Assembly: GCA_002633005.1 (NCBI GenBank)
Contig: NMRA01000065.1
Coordinates: 545,985-609,984 of the forward strand
Length of the DNA stretch: 64,000 bases
Origin: Phoronis australis
Taxonomy: Eukaryota; Animalia; Phoronida
Reading direction: 5' to 3'
Part shown: positions 1 through 13,175 of the stretch, piece by piece
Layout of the letters: each line of letters opens with the position of its first letter
Numbering within the stretch: position 1 is the first letter of the stretch
Notes under the pieces: generated by a model
What the model was told of the DNA's origin: nothing
What the model saw: only the letters and a program-made list of their open reading frames with translations
Database searches by the model: none
Translations under genes and position numbers: made by a program

Positions 1-523
1 CTCAATGTTTTAGTACCATTCTCAAAGGCTCCTCCTCACTACACCCACCGAGAACCTGCCAGATGGCCATTTCCTAGCATTGGGATATCCATGGAGTACT
101 GTGGTATCAACGAAAATTGGTTACCTTTTAATACTCAAAAAACCTCTGGGATTCCGGTATATTTTCTCGGAGTGACAGTGTCGGCCTGAAAAAATACACT
201 AGAAACAGAATTTCATAGTCTGATATTGAGAAATCATAGCCAACAAGAGAAAATACTTTTATTTACGCTCTTAATTTTAGTCTCGAAACGCAACACTTGG
301 AGAATGCATTTTGAAAGACATGTCATCAGCCATTTTCCTTTTCTAGAAAATGATTATTCTTAATACAGTCTACGGATTTTGTTAAGGATTCCTCAGCCAT
401 ATTAGTCGGATAGTCTACAGCCACAGTGTTTACGATCCCACATAAACTGTTTACGTCCTTTTAAATCAATTTTAGTTTTTTGGAGTATTTTTCGAACATG
501 AACTGCATTCCAAACGGAAGAAC

Positions 524-1138
524 TTAAAAATGTGAAATACCATGTCCTTTGAATTCAAACCCCATCTGCTTGTACAGTCGCTGTGAACCGTCGTAGTGGG
601 CAAAAGTCGATAGACGGATGCCCGAAAATCCCTTCCACTGGGCATAGCTGAGAGCTGCCGTCATTAAGTTTCGCGCAATTCCTCGCCTCCGAAACTGTTT
701 TGAAACGCCGAGACATGAAAGTGTTACCCATTTCGGCATATTCTTCCTTTCTTTCAAAACCACGTGGCCCACCACACTTTCCCTGCTCAGCGCTATCCAG
801 CATGTCGTGCTGTCGGGTTTTAACGCCTCCAGTAGATCGTTCTGCTTTCGGTATGTGTGACGTAAACTGAGAAGTAGAGCACGTGTAAAAACACAACATC
901 CAAACCCAAGCGTAACGAAAGTTCCACGTGTCCATCCAAGCTGAAGAACGGCGATTAGGAGGACTGAGATCACGTATAACCAAGTTACGGAGTGTTTCCA
1001 CGTGGCTCTGAGAAAGAGGTTCAAGTAAACTTCTTTCAGCTGATCTCTGTATAGCCTACATACAGCTTCCACGTCCTTTTGACTTTTCGAAGGACGAATC
1101 ACAATTTTGCAAAGGGAGCTCTTTTCACTTTTAGTCAT
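524..1138 (-). CDS. NAT8/camello-like GNAT N-acetyltransferase, single coding exon (204 aa to first stop; 225 aa if the stop at 524-526 is bypassed)
   Basis: N-terminal 'IVIRP...DVEAVCRLY', central hydrophobic segment (WLYVISVLLIAVL...), acetyl-CoA motif A 'LGVSKQFRRRGIARNLM' and 'IRLST...SQRLYKQMGF'. ATG at 1138 is preceded by an acceptor-like TTTTTAG|CC, so the ORF-track TTG start at 1183 is probably intronic. Confidence 0.8.
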   Translation of the reverse strand: MTKSEKSSLCKIVIRPSKSQKDVEAVCRLYRDQLKEVYLNLFLRATWKHSVTWLYVISVLLIAVLQLGWTRGTFVTLGFGCCVFTRALLLSLRHTYRKQNDLLEALKPDSTTCWIALSRESVVGHVVLKERKNMPKWVTLSCLGVSKQFRRRGIARNLMTAALSYAQWKGFSGIRLSTFAHYDGSQRLYKQMGFEFKGHGISHF

Positions 1139-2364
1139 GGCTAAAAACGAAATCAAATGTGTCAGTTCGACGGCAAAACGCAAGTGAGGCTTTACGTGTG
1201 CTAGGGGCTGTCATAAATGTGTTCAGAAATGATCAATGAACGTAGTACCCCATTCACAAACAAACATGCTTCCGGCCAACAATGTATTAAAAACACCACA
1301 CGATTTTTTATCCTACTGGTCGGAAAGCAGTCAGCTACGAGTCAGAACGAGCTTGCGGCTGGTCGTTATTAGCACCGAACAGTAGACCTAGACACTGAGT
1401 AGACCACATTACTGACTGCAGTACCAACATCAGTGCTTACTTCTGATGTCTTGGTCACATACCGAGAGATGCTCGCCCGATATCGCACAGTGAATTCTAC
1501 CCCAAAGAATTACATAATTCAGGACCATAGGAAGCGGGGGGAGGCGGGGTTGGGCACGGGCCCCCAAAACATTTTCAGACGTCTGGGTTAAACCGTAGCA
1601 ACCGACATAGGCATGGTGTGGGGGCAGTCCAGAAAAGAAAGACTGCGTAAAACGGATAAGAGAGAAAATTCAAGAGGACGTTTAACAAATCTGCATCAGT
1701 GCATGGTTTACCTTTTGAGGACAGTGGCCAGGACACTGTCGTTAGGGCCTTCAATTTGCATCACAGGTCGTCTAAACGCAAACATATATTTCGAAAAATC
1801 GAGAAGATTTGTAAAGCGAAGCTTTTGCGGAGCGTACTAATTTACTGGATGTTTAAATTAAATAAGTCAATTTTGCGAATGCAAATATATATTTTTCCAG
1901 AGGCCCCTCTCTCGCAAGGGATAACGGAGACAACTTTCGTTTTATTTTTTTCTCGAAACTGTATATCACTTGAGAAAAATTGATGACAGATAACATCAAT
2001 TGCTGCGCAATTCCTGATATTTGAAAATACATATACTTACACATATTTAGGAGGTCATTGATGACATTCAAGTGGCCACCTTTTTGTGTTTTTATTGACA
2101 AATTCTTACGGGGCCGCTCACGGAGAGGGCCCAATGTTGGAATCGATTACCTCTATTTCCTGTTGTTTGTGAAATCGTGCTTTCATGTTGAAGGAGGTCA
2201 CTCCCTGCCTCGTTTTGGGACCACACGACGGTGGAATGAATTGTCACTTTTTCCAAGCTCAATGACGTTTAGCCTTTCATCTTAAGGTGTCCCATTTCAG
2301 ACGGTGCCCTCTCTCAGTGGAGCAGTTCGGGGTAAATGTCCCTTTGTCCCTCTATATATACATG

Positions 2365-2431
2365 TATATCTGCGCGTGCACGACAGGTGTACACAGGCAC
2401 TATGTCTGCGCGTGCACGACAGGTGTACACA
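2365..2431. repeat. 36-bp period direct duplication (TCTGCGCGTGCACGACAGGTGTACACA x2)
   Basis: Near-identical copies start at 2365 and 2401. Confidence 0.85.
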
Positions 2432-3535
2432 AACAATTATGGTTGATAAAATTTATTACAAATGATTCTTTACAATAGATTAATTTCGACTATTTCTAAG
2501 AATGTTATGACATGCTATAAGATGTTGATAAGAATTAATATTAACGAATGGTGTAACATAAGATCTAAGTTTTTGTACCCTAGTAATATATACGAATCTT
2601 GTCACTGACCAAAACGATCCTAAGAATAATTCTGTAAACGATGATCAAACTGATATATGTGAACGATGATCAGTCTCATCAGAATTCATATCAACCAAAA
2701 TGGAGGTGCAAGAGTTTTACACAAGCATTAATTATTCTAAGTTTAGAAAATGATTGAGACAGTGAAGAAGACGAACAGTACACAATGTCTATTTTGTTAA
2801 GTACAACTTCAGTAAGATTGACAGCAAATATAAGGGGCAAAACTAAGCCTTTGAACTAACAAGGAACAATGTATAATGCATACAGAAGTATGCAACAGTC
2901 AGGGCACGGACTTCTGGGAGGGAGAGGCGACACAACAATTTATGATCATCGGCACTAAACATTTTAGCATCAGAAATATTACATAGATTTATTCAAGTAA
3001 GTCAGGCAAACGCATTTTAACTAATAATCCGCTGGTGCCACCTGTCGCCCTGAAGTGTCATAACCAGAGGGTTCCAGTTTAATCAAGTCCTGCAGCCATT
3101 CTATTACTGCTGATGAATTTCTGTAATTACTTCACGTTTCGTCTCTTATAGTTGCTAAACCTAAATTGAAACATTAGAACGTTCTAGAAACCATGTGTAG
3201 TTAGTTGTTGCAACAAGAGGTGGGTTACATATATCAAACGTGACGAATATCCGTGGCGTTGGCGCATTGAATTTTGGAATTAAATGCTGAATGACGTCAA
3301 TATGAACAATATTGCCACAAGTCAAACTTAAATACATGTAACCCTGCTAAAACTAATGATAGCCTAAAGGTATTTCAATAAACACAATATACATTCATTG
3401 ACTGGCCTTGGGGCATTACAAGCTTCAAAGTGTAACACATATCAAATCCAAATAGAAAAAAGTTCGTCTCACCCACTTGTTAGACGAAGTACAGGCTCTA
3501 GTTCCTATTTTTGGTTATACTAATTGTCGTAGCTC

Positions 3536-3699
3536 GCTACATAAATATAGACAATCTACTTCCGTGGTCATGACCATAATATAGAAAAGCGGTACATAGG
3601 TAGGCACTCTATATCCATGGCCATGACCATAAATATAGAATAGCGTGCTACATACAGAGACATTCTAAATCCATGGCTATAACCATAATATAGAATAGC
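3536..3699. repeat. Degenerate ~53-bp tandem repeat, about 3 copies
   Basis: Recurring CC(G/A)TGG.(C/T)AT(G/A)ACCATAA(A)TATAGAA.AGC units. Confidence 0.65.
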
Positions 3700-5226
3700 C
3701 CACTAACCCCTGTATGTAAATCTGACACTGCCAAGTATTCATGAGGGAAGCTGAGATTCCAAATTCATCAAAAAAAAAAACACAAAACATTCTTGCACAG
3801 CACAACCATTCGACCCAAACAACTAAAATTTGAATAAATACAGTAGGAATGCCGCCACCGAAAGGGTGGAATTTTGAAAAACGTGAAGACCACTAATTGT
3901 GAATTACACAAAAGGACTATTTCCGATGGTTAGTTATAAAATAATATTACTGTTTCCGTTAGTATCTCAAGAATAGAATCTCTTTTGACAATGGTTACTA
4001 TGAGTTGTTTGTAAGGAATTCCCACTTGTCGAAAACAGTGTTGTCTAAGCTACTATTTGTAATGATCGTGTACATGTCGAAAGGGTTACTCAAAGAACTC
4101 TCGCAATCATAAACAAAGATTTCAACGTTTTTTTTGTCAGTTGAGTTCAAGTTTACATCGTGAACCGTTATAGGTACCTCTGAAAACACACCTTAATACG
4201 AATACCCCATCTCCCATATTCCCCCGGTTACCCGTCAAAAGTCTGCGAGCATGCATGCGGAAATTGCACATAACATTCCTGTCCGATAAACACATTCTTT
4301 GGTTTCTGATTTACTTGTTTAAGTATCTACGAATATCGATAGATTCATAGATGATATTTGACAATTAGAAGCTAATCTTGTAAGAATTGGTGATAATTCA
4401 GTGAATTTAATTGCTGCCTGAAGTTAGAAAAACTCTATAATCCGATCCACAAATAGTAAAGTACACTTAGACGACTTTTACCTATCTAAAATAACTCTCA
4501 AAGACATTGATGAAATTCGTACACACAAACCGTAGATAGAAAAAAACGTTTTAAAAATCCGTAAATAAATAAAATTAAACTCATTTCTTGGGAAGGTTGT
4601 CTTCGCAGTTCCTTTGTGTTTTTAGTTTCCAGTAGCATTGAGTAATGATTTTTTTTCTTCAAAAATGAATTGATTGCTTTTCCTGACTGACGTATCCACG
4701 TTAAAAATAAGATGTAACCATGCAGTAGGCCGCTCAGACTCTCAGTGATAACCTCAAGAACTGAATTTGAACTACAAGCGTTCAGGAAGTGTGTACATTT
4801 TGGGACACACTATCCTTTCCCCAGTCACCAGAAACTGAACTACCGGTCGTGTTTCAATTAGGGATTTTGAAACAGCCCCAAAGGCAATAAACCAGGGACT
4901 TCGGGGCCTCATCTTTTCAAAAAAACTTTCAAAGAATGACCATAATAAAATAAAGTTTTCCCGAAACTAGATCACAACAAAACGAATCTTGACCTTAGAA
5001 CGAGTGCAGACGGCCGTTACGAGCTAAGCTGCCTGTCTCAAGTGAATCATAGTTGAGCTGACCAGCAACTAGCTTTAGTTCATCGGGAATTTCTTGTTTT
5101 CACACTGTTAGATCTCACTTCTGTAGCTGCTTGAGGCATCTCTCAGCTCCTAGGCCCATTCTTACTCTCCGTGTTGGTTCACGGTTACCCAACTCTTAAT
5201 GTCTGGATCTCCGGGATTGTTCGAGA

Positions 5227-6387
5227 AGCGGATCCATGATTTTGAGTTGGGGGGGGGATAGGGCAGAGTAGCCAGGGTTTTTACCAGTCAACAATTGGCA
5301 CCTCCGAACTGTCAATTGGAGTCTGGGAGAATTTTAGGGGGGTCATGGCCTCTTGGCTCCCTAAATCCGCCACTGTACCACCCCATGTGGGAGATTTGGT
5401 ACAAATATGGTGGCACCGGGAGGACGGGGGCGAAGGGGGGGGGGGGGGGNNNNNNNNNNNNNNNNNNNNNNNNNNNNNNNNNNNNNNNNNNNNNNNNNNN
5501 NNNNNNNNNNNNNNNNNNNNNNNNNNNNNNNNNNNNNNNNNNNNNNNNNNNNNNNNNNNNNNNNNNNNNNNNNNNNNNNNNNNNNNNNNNNNNNNNNNNN
5601 NNNNNNNNNNNNNNNNNNNNNNNNNNNNNNNNNNNNNNNNNNNNNNNNNNNNNNNNNNNNNNNNNNNNNNNNNNNNNNNNNNNNNNNNNNNNNNNNNNNN
5701 NNNNNNNNNNNNNNNNNNNNNNNNNNNNNNNNNNNNNNNNNNNNNNNNNNNNNNNNNNNNNNNNNNNNNNNNNNNNNNNNNNNNNNNNNNNNNNNNNNNN
5801 NNNNNNNNNNNNNNNNNNNNNNNNNNNNNNNNNNNNNNNNNNNNNNNNNNNNNNNNNNNNNNNNNNNNNNNNNNNNNNNNNNNNNNNNNNNNNNNNNNNN
5901 NNNNNNNNNNNNNNNNNNNNNNNNNNNNNNNNNNNNNNNNNNNNNNNNNNNNNNNNNNNNNNNNNNNNNNNNNNNNNNNNNNNNNNNNNNNNNNNNNNNN
6001 NNNNNNNNNNNNNNNNNNNNNNNNNNNNNNNNNNNNNNNNNNNNNNNNNNNNNNNNNNNNNNNNNNNNNNNNNNNNNNNNNNNNNNNNNNNNNNNNNNNN
6101 NNNNNNNNNNNNNNNNNNNNNNNNNNNNNNNNNNNNNNNNNNNNNNNNNNNNNNNNNNNNNNNNNNNNNNNNNNNNNNNNNNNNNNNNNNNNNNNNNNNN
6201 NNNNNNNNNNNNNNNNNNNNNNNNNNNNNNNNNNNNNNNNNNNNNNNNNNNNNNNNNNNNNNNNNNNNNNNNNNNNNNNNNNNNNNNNNNNNNNNNGCAT
6301 CTACAATCGTGGTTCAGTTTGCGCAAATGTTTACAGCCGGACAAAATGTTGGGCCCCCCCCCTTGTGATATCCTAGATCCGCCACTG
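5227..6387. mobile_element. GC-rich MITE-type fragments (GCGGATCC.../...GATCCGCCACTG family) flanking an assembly gap (N 5450-6296)
   Basis: GCGGATCCATGATTTTGAGTTGGGG resembles the TIR at 41331; 5321-5360 is similar to the reverse complement of 42251-42292; ends in GATCCGCCACTG. Confidence 0.55.
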
Positions 6388-6389
6388 GA

Positions 6390-6630
6390 GTCTCACCGTT
6401 ATGTCCGTATACACTTCAAACTTACGCCGCGATTCAAAAAGAATGCAAAAGTTTTGCTGCTCTTGCGAGGGATGTGCCCCACTACGCGGGTCTGGACTTT
6501 GAAAACAGACGCAGCGTACTTGTCAGCGGGCCGATTGCATTGTTTCTTTCCGGTACAGATCTTTGTCAGGATCTCTGATTTTTCGACGCTTTTCGTGATC
6601 GAAAAAACCCAACGGGAATGCAAATATGCG
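6390..6630 (-). pseudogene. HIRAN-domain-like coding remnant, probably transposon-derived
   Basis: Translates to 'NRPADKYAASVFKVQTRVVGHIPRKSSKTFAFFLNRGVSLKCIRT', matching the HIRAN pattern N..D.YA..V....VGH.PR..S....FL..G..I.C. No intact start. Confidence 0.55.
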
Positions 6631-8119
6631 TTTGTTTATGCGATCGGGAACACATTGTGGCGTGTTGAACAGTAATGAACTTTTTACTTATAAAACGTGA
6701 AAAAAGTTTACAAAATAAGTGTGGTGCAATGAATTAATCACATTTTGTGTCGTTACTGTGCTACTTTCGTATCAAAACTGAACAACAACATAGCATATTT
6801 CCATTAAATTGCCATGAGCACTACATGTGCATCAAGCATAACTTTAATTTCACAAACAAATTTATTTTCATTTCAGGAAACAAGTTAACTGTTAATGTGA
6901 GGCGAGCTTCAACGAACCTGTTACCCATGACGTGAAGGACACCCGATCAGGGTTTCGAAAAGTACAGGCCAGGCATCTACTTTTAGACCAAATCACTGAG
7001 AACAAGGGTTTCACCCAGGAGTTGTTCCATGTAGCCTGTCAGCCAGGGATAAACAATTTGTTGCACCACCGAGATGAAAGCGAGTGTAGAATCTTCTTGT
7101 AAAATTGTGACAGCAAAAGGAGAAAAAAAAATCAAAAAGCCAGTGAAGTCAAAGAATGATGATGAGCTTGCCCATGGGGAGAGAGGGGAGTGCGGCAACA
7201 CTTCACGAGATGATTTAAAGATTCCCACTCATAAACGTCTGGGATAAAAAAATGGCCAAAAGTTGTGTAAACTGGTGTGCTGATAAAATGGGTGGGATTT
7301 TACTTGATATTTTACTGATAACATCCATACAGAGATGAACAGATTAGCTTGTGGCACCGTGTGGCTTGACTGTACGTTGTGTTTGACTCTTCTGTTTTGT
7401 AGTATTGGTCCAAATTTCACCTGCATCATCAGTTCATGATCTCGAGTTTAATGTGACATTGAAAAAGATTGAGAGTTATTATACACATACTATATTGTGA
7501 TTTTCTCAAAACGCAGTCAACGTCACTTCAACTACACACTGTAGTGATTTACACAGGAAATCAACAATATTATAGCATTTCTATTATAATATTAATCTTT
7601 TATCACACATACCTCAAAACTGGTCTTACAAAAATATATAAATTTATTTATAGGGAAATCAACAAAACAAGTCCATTGAACATTTCCAAGGAATTACTTT
7701 TGGAATGTATTAGACTAAATCATCACTGAATCATAGACAATGTATTTGGGACTGATTGATAGTATAACAGTTTCTCACAGGAAATCAACTACAATATGAA
7801 AGCAATTTCTACAATAATCATAGACATATATTTTCATTCAAAATACTCATTGGTCAGAACAATTGTATGTAAGTATTGCCCAATGACACTTAGATTGGCC
7901 ATTTAAATCTACCTAAACACTACAAAAATGTACTGGTTCTGTTAAAGATCCTTTTGAAATAACTCAAACATAGAAAGAAACTTGAGGAAAAAAGGTTCAA
8001 AACAAAACGTCAAAATACTATCACATCAGACAACTGCCAACCACAGACTTTGTAAATCTGAATAAACTACAGTGACTTAATAACCTTCAGCACTGGACTT
8101 AATGATTTCATTCATGACG

Positions 8120-8470
8120 TTTCTGCTTGCTATGCCTGTAGAAGGAGCCAACTGTTTGCATGACATGCCAAATTCATCACAAAAATCAGTGTCCTCGTGC
8201 TGTGACGCAGTCTCGCATCAGGCCTACTCTTTCCGTGAAACGTTGATCACAGATAGGACACCGAATCGACTTGGTTCCTGAGCACGATGCTTCATGCTTT
8301 GTTTTACTATATTGGTAAAAAACTCTTGACGCATGCAACACGTCAACCACAGGGCTGGTAAAGGTCTTGCTTTGTTGTAGTGTCACTGTATTTTATTGCC
8401 ATGTGGTCATACTAAGTCGATTTCTTAGTTCCTGAACGAGGCTCCACAACACACGCACACACACACACTC
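8120..8470 (-). pseudogene. Degenerate C2H2 zinc-finger array remnant
   Basis: Frameshifted fingers: 'CGASFR..KST*YDHM', 'CPICDQRFTERVGLMRDC', 'CDEFGMSCKQL..YRHSKQK'. Confidence 0.5.
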
Positions 8471-9779
8471 TGTCATGCAGCAGTTGTACAACTCTTTTTT
8501 GAAGGCGTGGACGTTAACACCCTAAAGGACTCATCGTGTGACTACAGTTCAACTGAAAAAATCAAACGCATTCAGTAATGTTTGTTAGACTAAATCTCAC
8601 TTAGAAATAAAAAAAAACGATGAAATGTAATTAATAGTTAACCCATCAATTAATTCAGGCACCGTCTCACTCAAGGACCTGCTTGTGTTGGTAAATATCT
8701 CAAATTGTTTCACAAATCATAACTAACAAAAGTGTCACCAGGGACGATTAAACTATAAACGTCACACGTTTCTTATTAAGGACCCTGGAATTGCTAATAA
8801 CAAGTAGAAATTGTCGATTTTACGAGGCGCAAGGCATTTTACGGAAAGCTATTCTTTCTGAGCTCTTTATTTTAAAAAAATAAGCAAAAGCCAAATATTA
8901 TTTCAGATCCACAACAAAGGTTACACTCTGAAGCTTTCAGTGTGTAAAATTTGGACCAAAGTGGCCTCTATTTAAGCAGAATAAGACACTTAATCTCACC
9001 GGGTACGTGACTGTCGTCTGTCATTTTTGATGCAAGGTCTCGTTCTCGATCGCCTTCCGGGCGTTCTCAATCTCAGGTTGGCCGGGGTCGTGTTAGCACG
9101 CGGCCAAGAAGCGCGCTGCATAATGTACCGGCTGTCATCGAAGACATTTAGTCGGGAACTATCTATTTATGAAACGGGTAACATAACATCGGCAAGAAAT
9201 AAATATTGGCACTAATTTCCGAAAGTTTCTAATACCGTAAAAAACTTTTGCATTATTTTTAAGAGAAATTATTTAACTAATCATAATTGGTGTTTTTAAA
9301 GTCAAAATGACCCACTGATAGTGAACACATTCGCACTCTTACACCCCGAATCTTCCGGAAAATAGCTGTTACACTACGGTCACGCATCCACTCACCCGGC
9401 GACTCAATGAGTGACATGTCGGTCTTACCGAAACAATTCTCGAACGTTTTTTAGCAGATGAGACCAGCAAATGCTAAGCTAAATATTAAAAGACGCTCTG
9501 CTTGACTGCTTGAGTTAATTTCTTTGGATGATCGAGAGCGCCGAGTAGGCTTTGGCGTCAAAAGTCCCTTTTAGCTACTAATTATCGAATAAAAATCACC
9601 CTATTACGCCAAGTCACCCGAATAGCACTCAGACGACGCAACAGGACAAGTGGTGTCCGATTTGCGACTAAGTCATTACTGAAGCTTGATTGCTGCCGAG
9701 GGTTAGCAATATTTGCACACCGCACGGTTTTACGTACGCCGGCTGTTATTGGTAGTCACATGCCTACAATTCCCATTTC

Positions 9780-10090
9780 CCGTCCACACGACTCCACTTT
9801 CGTATCATTTTCAAAAAGTTCACATTCAGGTAGAAACACGAAAAAATTGATACGATCGGAAAATGTAACTTTTTCTTTGCGTCTTAAATAGTTTCCACCG
9901 ATAATACGTCAGTGCTTTCCGAAAGTAACGTTTACGCCTGTCCAAAAACATACAGTGAATATTGCTTTTTAAAAATAAGTTGCGTTTTTCTTATCCACAT
10001 GAATATTGTGAATATAACGTTTTCAATTCCCGAGATTATACTCAAAAGTTTGTGAGTTTGGTTATCGAATTCAGTGGATACGTGTGGACA
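9780..10090. mobile_element. Possible MITE with imperfect TIRs
   Basis: GTCCACACGACTCCAC at about 9782 and GTGGATACGTGTGGAC at about 10073 form an imperfect inverted pair. Confidence 0.4.
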
Positions 10091-11052
10091 GAAGTGAAGC
10101 CGCATCCGTTAAGAAAAGTTTGAATTTTCAAAAGTTTGCGGAGTCATGCGCACAAAGCCTAAAGTAATGAAATTGCGAAGAACGACATAGCGCGTCTTAC
10201 GCATTTTTAATTCGTAAATCTTACGGCATACCACAAAAATTGTAAATACGCACTTGCAACATTTCAAAAGTGACGCCCAGGTCGAAAATAAATGAGCACT
10301 TGAGTCATACAGATTTATTTATACAATCATGATTTTTACTTGGTTACCAATTTCTTAAAATAGACGAAGTCACGTTTAAAATAATGAGGCCGTTAAAAAT
10401 TATCAATGACTTCAATCTGCTTGTTTTTTTACTACTACTTTGCACTTTTAGTTCATTTTACTTCCCACGGAGAATGGCTGTATATGCCCAAATCATAAAT
10501 TCCCCCATAATTCGAACAATTAAAGTTTACGAAACGTAAACGAGCAGTATTCTGACGCTGCGTTGCTAAAAACATTAGCCCATGACCTAACAGAAATCAC
10601 GTGACCAACTGTTGCGTTATCCATAATCCATCGTGAGGTAGTGTTGTGGTCAAGGCTAGAGTAACGCTAGTGCCTCGTAATAAAAAAGATCTCGCGAAAT
10701 TCCGCGAGATGCTGCCATTTTTCAATGACAGCAAAAGGTTTGGGCTAGATTTTCTGGCCCTGAGAATAAGTTATTGAACTCGACCTAGACTCGCATTACG
10801 CGATCTAGTATCGTATCCCGGTCAGAATCAAATGGCATGTTATGTTTGCTGGCGAAAACATATTGAACTAAAACATCGAAATTCCAATTGCTGTGTGCGG
10901 GCTAATTCGTAGCAGTTTTATAGATTGTTTTGTGAAAGAATCTTGAAATGGAGTCAACCTTGGAATTCTGTGAAGAAATGGAGTGAATTTAACTACTTTA
11001 CCCAAGAACAATTCTTACAAGAAGTGCAATCCATCGATAACCTTTAACTTAA

Positions 11053-12723
11053 AGGAGAATGCCACCCCATTTAATTAGTCTTTTTTGCCGTCTTAATCGG
11101 TCTATATCCACATCGCCTCGCATACGGTCGACCTTACCTTGCCAAGAGGTGTCGCGTTAACCTGTGACGAAGGTGAGAAACGACGCTAGCGACGTCAGTG
11201 GTTCATATGCAGAGTGAATGCCGCTATATTGCGGTGCATCGTTCCCGCTTGTCCGAACTAAGCAGCTGCTAGAAAAACGGGTATATCGTTTTTTTACTTT
11301 CTCGAGAGTCCAAATGCTTAGGAAATGGCTCATGGTAGTGAAGAATGAAATTTACGCTGTAAGTAACAAGTATGAGTCCGTGAAACATCTCCGTGTCTGT
11401 CATGCGCCTGCACTGAGACGTCCGACGAATGCCGGCTTACCAAATAACTCCATACGTTCCGTTGTCTGAGCTTGTTCACGGCGCCTCTCTAGTATTTCTT
11501 CATCACTGAATCCCTGTTCGAATTGATAGCCTGTAAATTTTAACGATCCACCTGCGAAGTCGGGACCTTTGAGCTCTAGCTCGTCCTAAGGTGGGATTGC
11601 AAGTTGCCATGTTGGCGTTTATTACTGAGCGTTCTGTTTCAAAATGAATTATTCTCACCCTAACCAATACTTATATAAAACTGAAACAAAGTCTGTCTCA
11701 TTAGATGCAATTTGTAATGCCTTTGGAGTGTTCGTGAGTGCAAGTGATTTGAGAAGCCAGCAATGAATAAATCACTGCGTTACCGGCTTTCGGTGCAATA
11801 AAACTAATTGACGGGACACCGAGACCGTTGCTGGCAGAAACTATTGTGAAACAACTCGATTTCCATCCCACGGCCAGGTGTTAGGGGAATCTTTATTTAC
11901 ATTTACATTACTCAAATAATGATTGTCAATGTACAACTTCTGCCCTGACGGTGCTGTGGCCAAAGTGGAACATGAATCCGCGGCCCCTGACGAGTATAGA
12001 TTTGCAGTTTCGTGGTAATTCACCAACATAATCACGTGCACGTTACTTTGGCTCACTAGTATAGTATTTTCTTGACTGGAAGTTTAGTTTCCACTGAACT
12101 TTGGCTGGTTTATGTTCGTGATGTCTGATCAGTTTCCGGGCCACTGGCCTGCCCGGGATAACGAGTCAATCCGGCCGGCCGCGACGGGCCTGATCGGCTC
12201 CGAGCCACTGGCCAGGATAACAAGCGTTTTGTGTTTAGAACTACAAAAAATCACAAGTCTAAACAACACAGATCTAGGTTCTCATGTCTGTACTCACGGA
12301 AAATACTTCGAAATTATCTCCGAACAGAGCCCAAACTGCTGCTACGGACCTTACTGGCCTGCCGAACTTTGTAGGCTACGGTGTGTCCAAATACCAATAA
12401 ATCCTTAAGAGTGAAATAAAACAACACGTTTTTATAAGAACTCGCTTTATTTTTAAGGGTTTTACATCGCAGTTTGATGATTTATTGGTGTTAAACGATG
12501 ACTTCAAGCGACAAGGTGACACCAGTATTCTGAAGATTTCGTAATAAACATTCAAAAAAAATGATGAACAGACTGCGTGTGAAACCGATGACGTCATTGG
12601 ATAATTTCAACACCTCCGTCTGCCGTCAGGTGTCAGGTAACGCAACCGTACGTGTCGTTATGGAGTAGAACTAGTCGATCGAAATTGATACAAATTAGGT
12701 CGTTTTTTGGGTGGCATGCTCCT
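11053..12723 (+). mobile_element. Non-autonomous Kolobok-type DNA transposon with degenerate THAP domain
   Basis: TTAA|AGGAGAATGCCACCC ... GGGTGGCATGCTCCT|TTAA (15-bp TIR, 1 mismatch; TTAA TSD; AG..CT termini). ORF 11218-11469 'MPLYCGAS...FFTFSR...RKWL...LRVCH' is THAP-like. Confidence 0.8.
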
Positions 12724-12996
12724 TTAAAAGTGGTTAAAACCACCAATTCCATATCAAAACGCTGAACAACAACCCTAGCAGTTGATCAGCTGTCAATCAG
12801 AAGATCTGCTGACATTAGCTGACAATATGTTAATTAGCTGATGTCGAAGTACGAATATTATTGGTCGATACAGTACTACGTAGAACGGGGCAACCAATCA
12901 CACCATCAGTCATCCTCTATTGTGTTTAGTGTGAAAAGCAATCAGATATTGCTACTCGTTTCCTCGTGGTTTGTTATGTAATAAAGAATTATTTGG

Positions 12997-13175
12997 AGTT
13001 GCGTTTGTGGTGGTTGTGACAATTCAGTATTTGAGCACTAAAGCTGTGACTCTTTTCACTTTTCCGCGGGACCTCCAAGAAGCGCGGATATGGTACAAGT
13101 TATTACAAGAAACTCCCGTGTTCATAGTCATGTCGCACTGGCGCTGGGCGAGTCCATGTGCCGCACTCATGTCCG
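12997..13175 (+). pseudogene. Frameshifted THAP-domain remnant, transposase-derived
   Basis: 'SCVCGGCDNS' then a frameshift into 'LFTFPRDLQEARIWYKLL...CAA'. Confidence 0.6.

Noticed and set aside
555-1001. 148-aa ORF overlapping the GNAT gene in another frame
   Set aside because: No recognisable motifs; explained as an alternate frame of the real CDS.
2900-4700. Possible very old LINE RT on the - strand (VMPQGQS near 3410)
   Set aside because: Motifs too degraded to support by eye.
5281-6675. Long ORFs of 327-422 aa
   Set aside because: Artefacts of the N gap (5450-6296).
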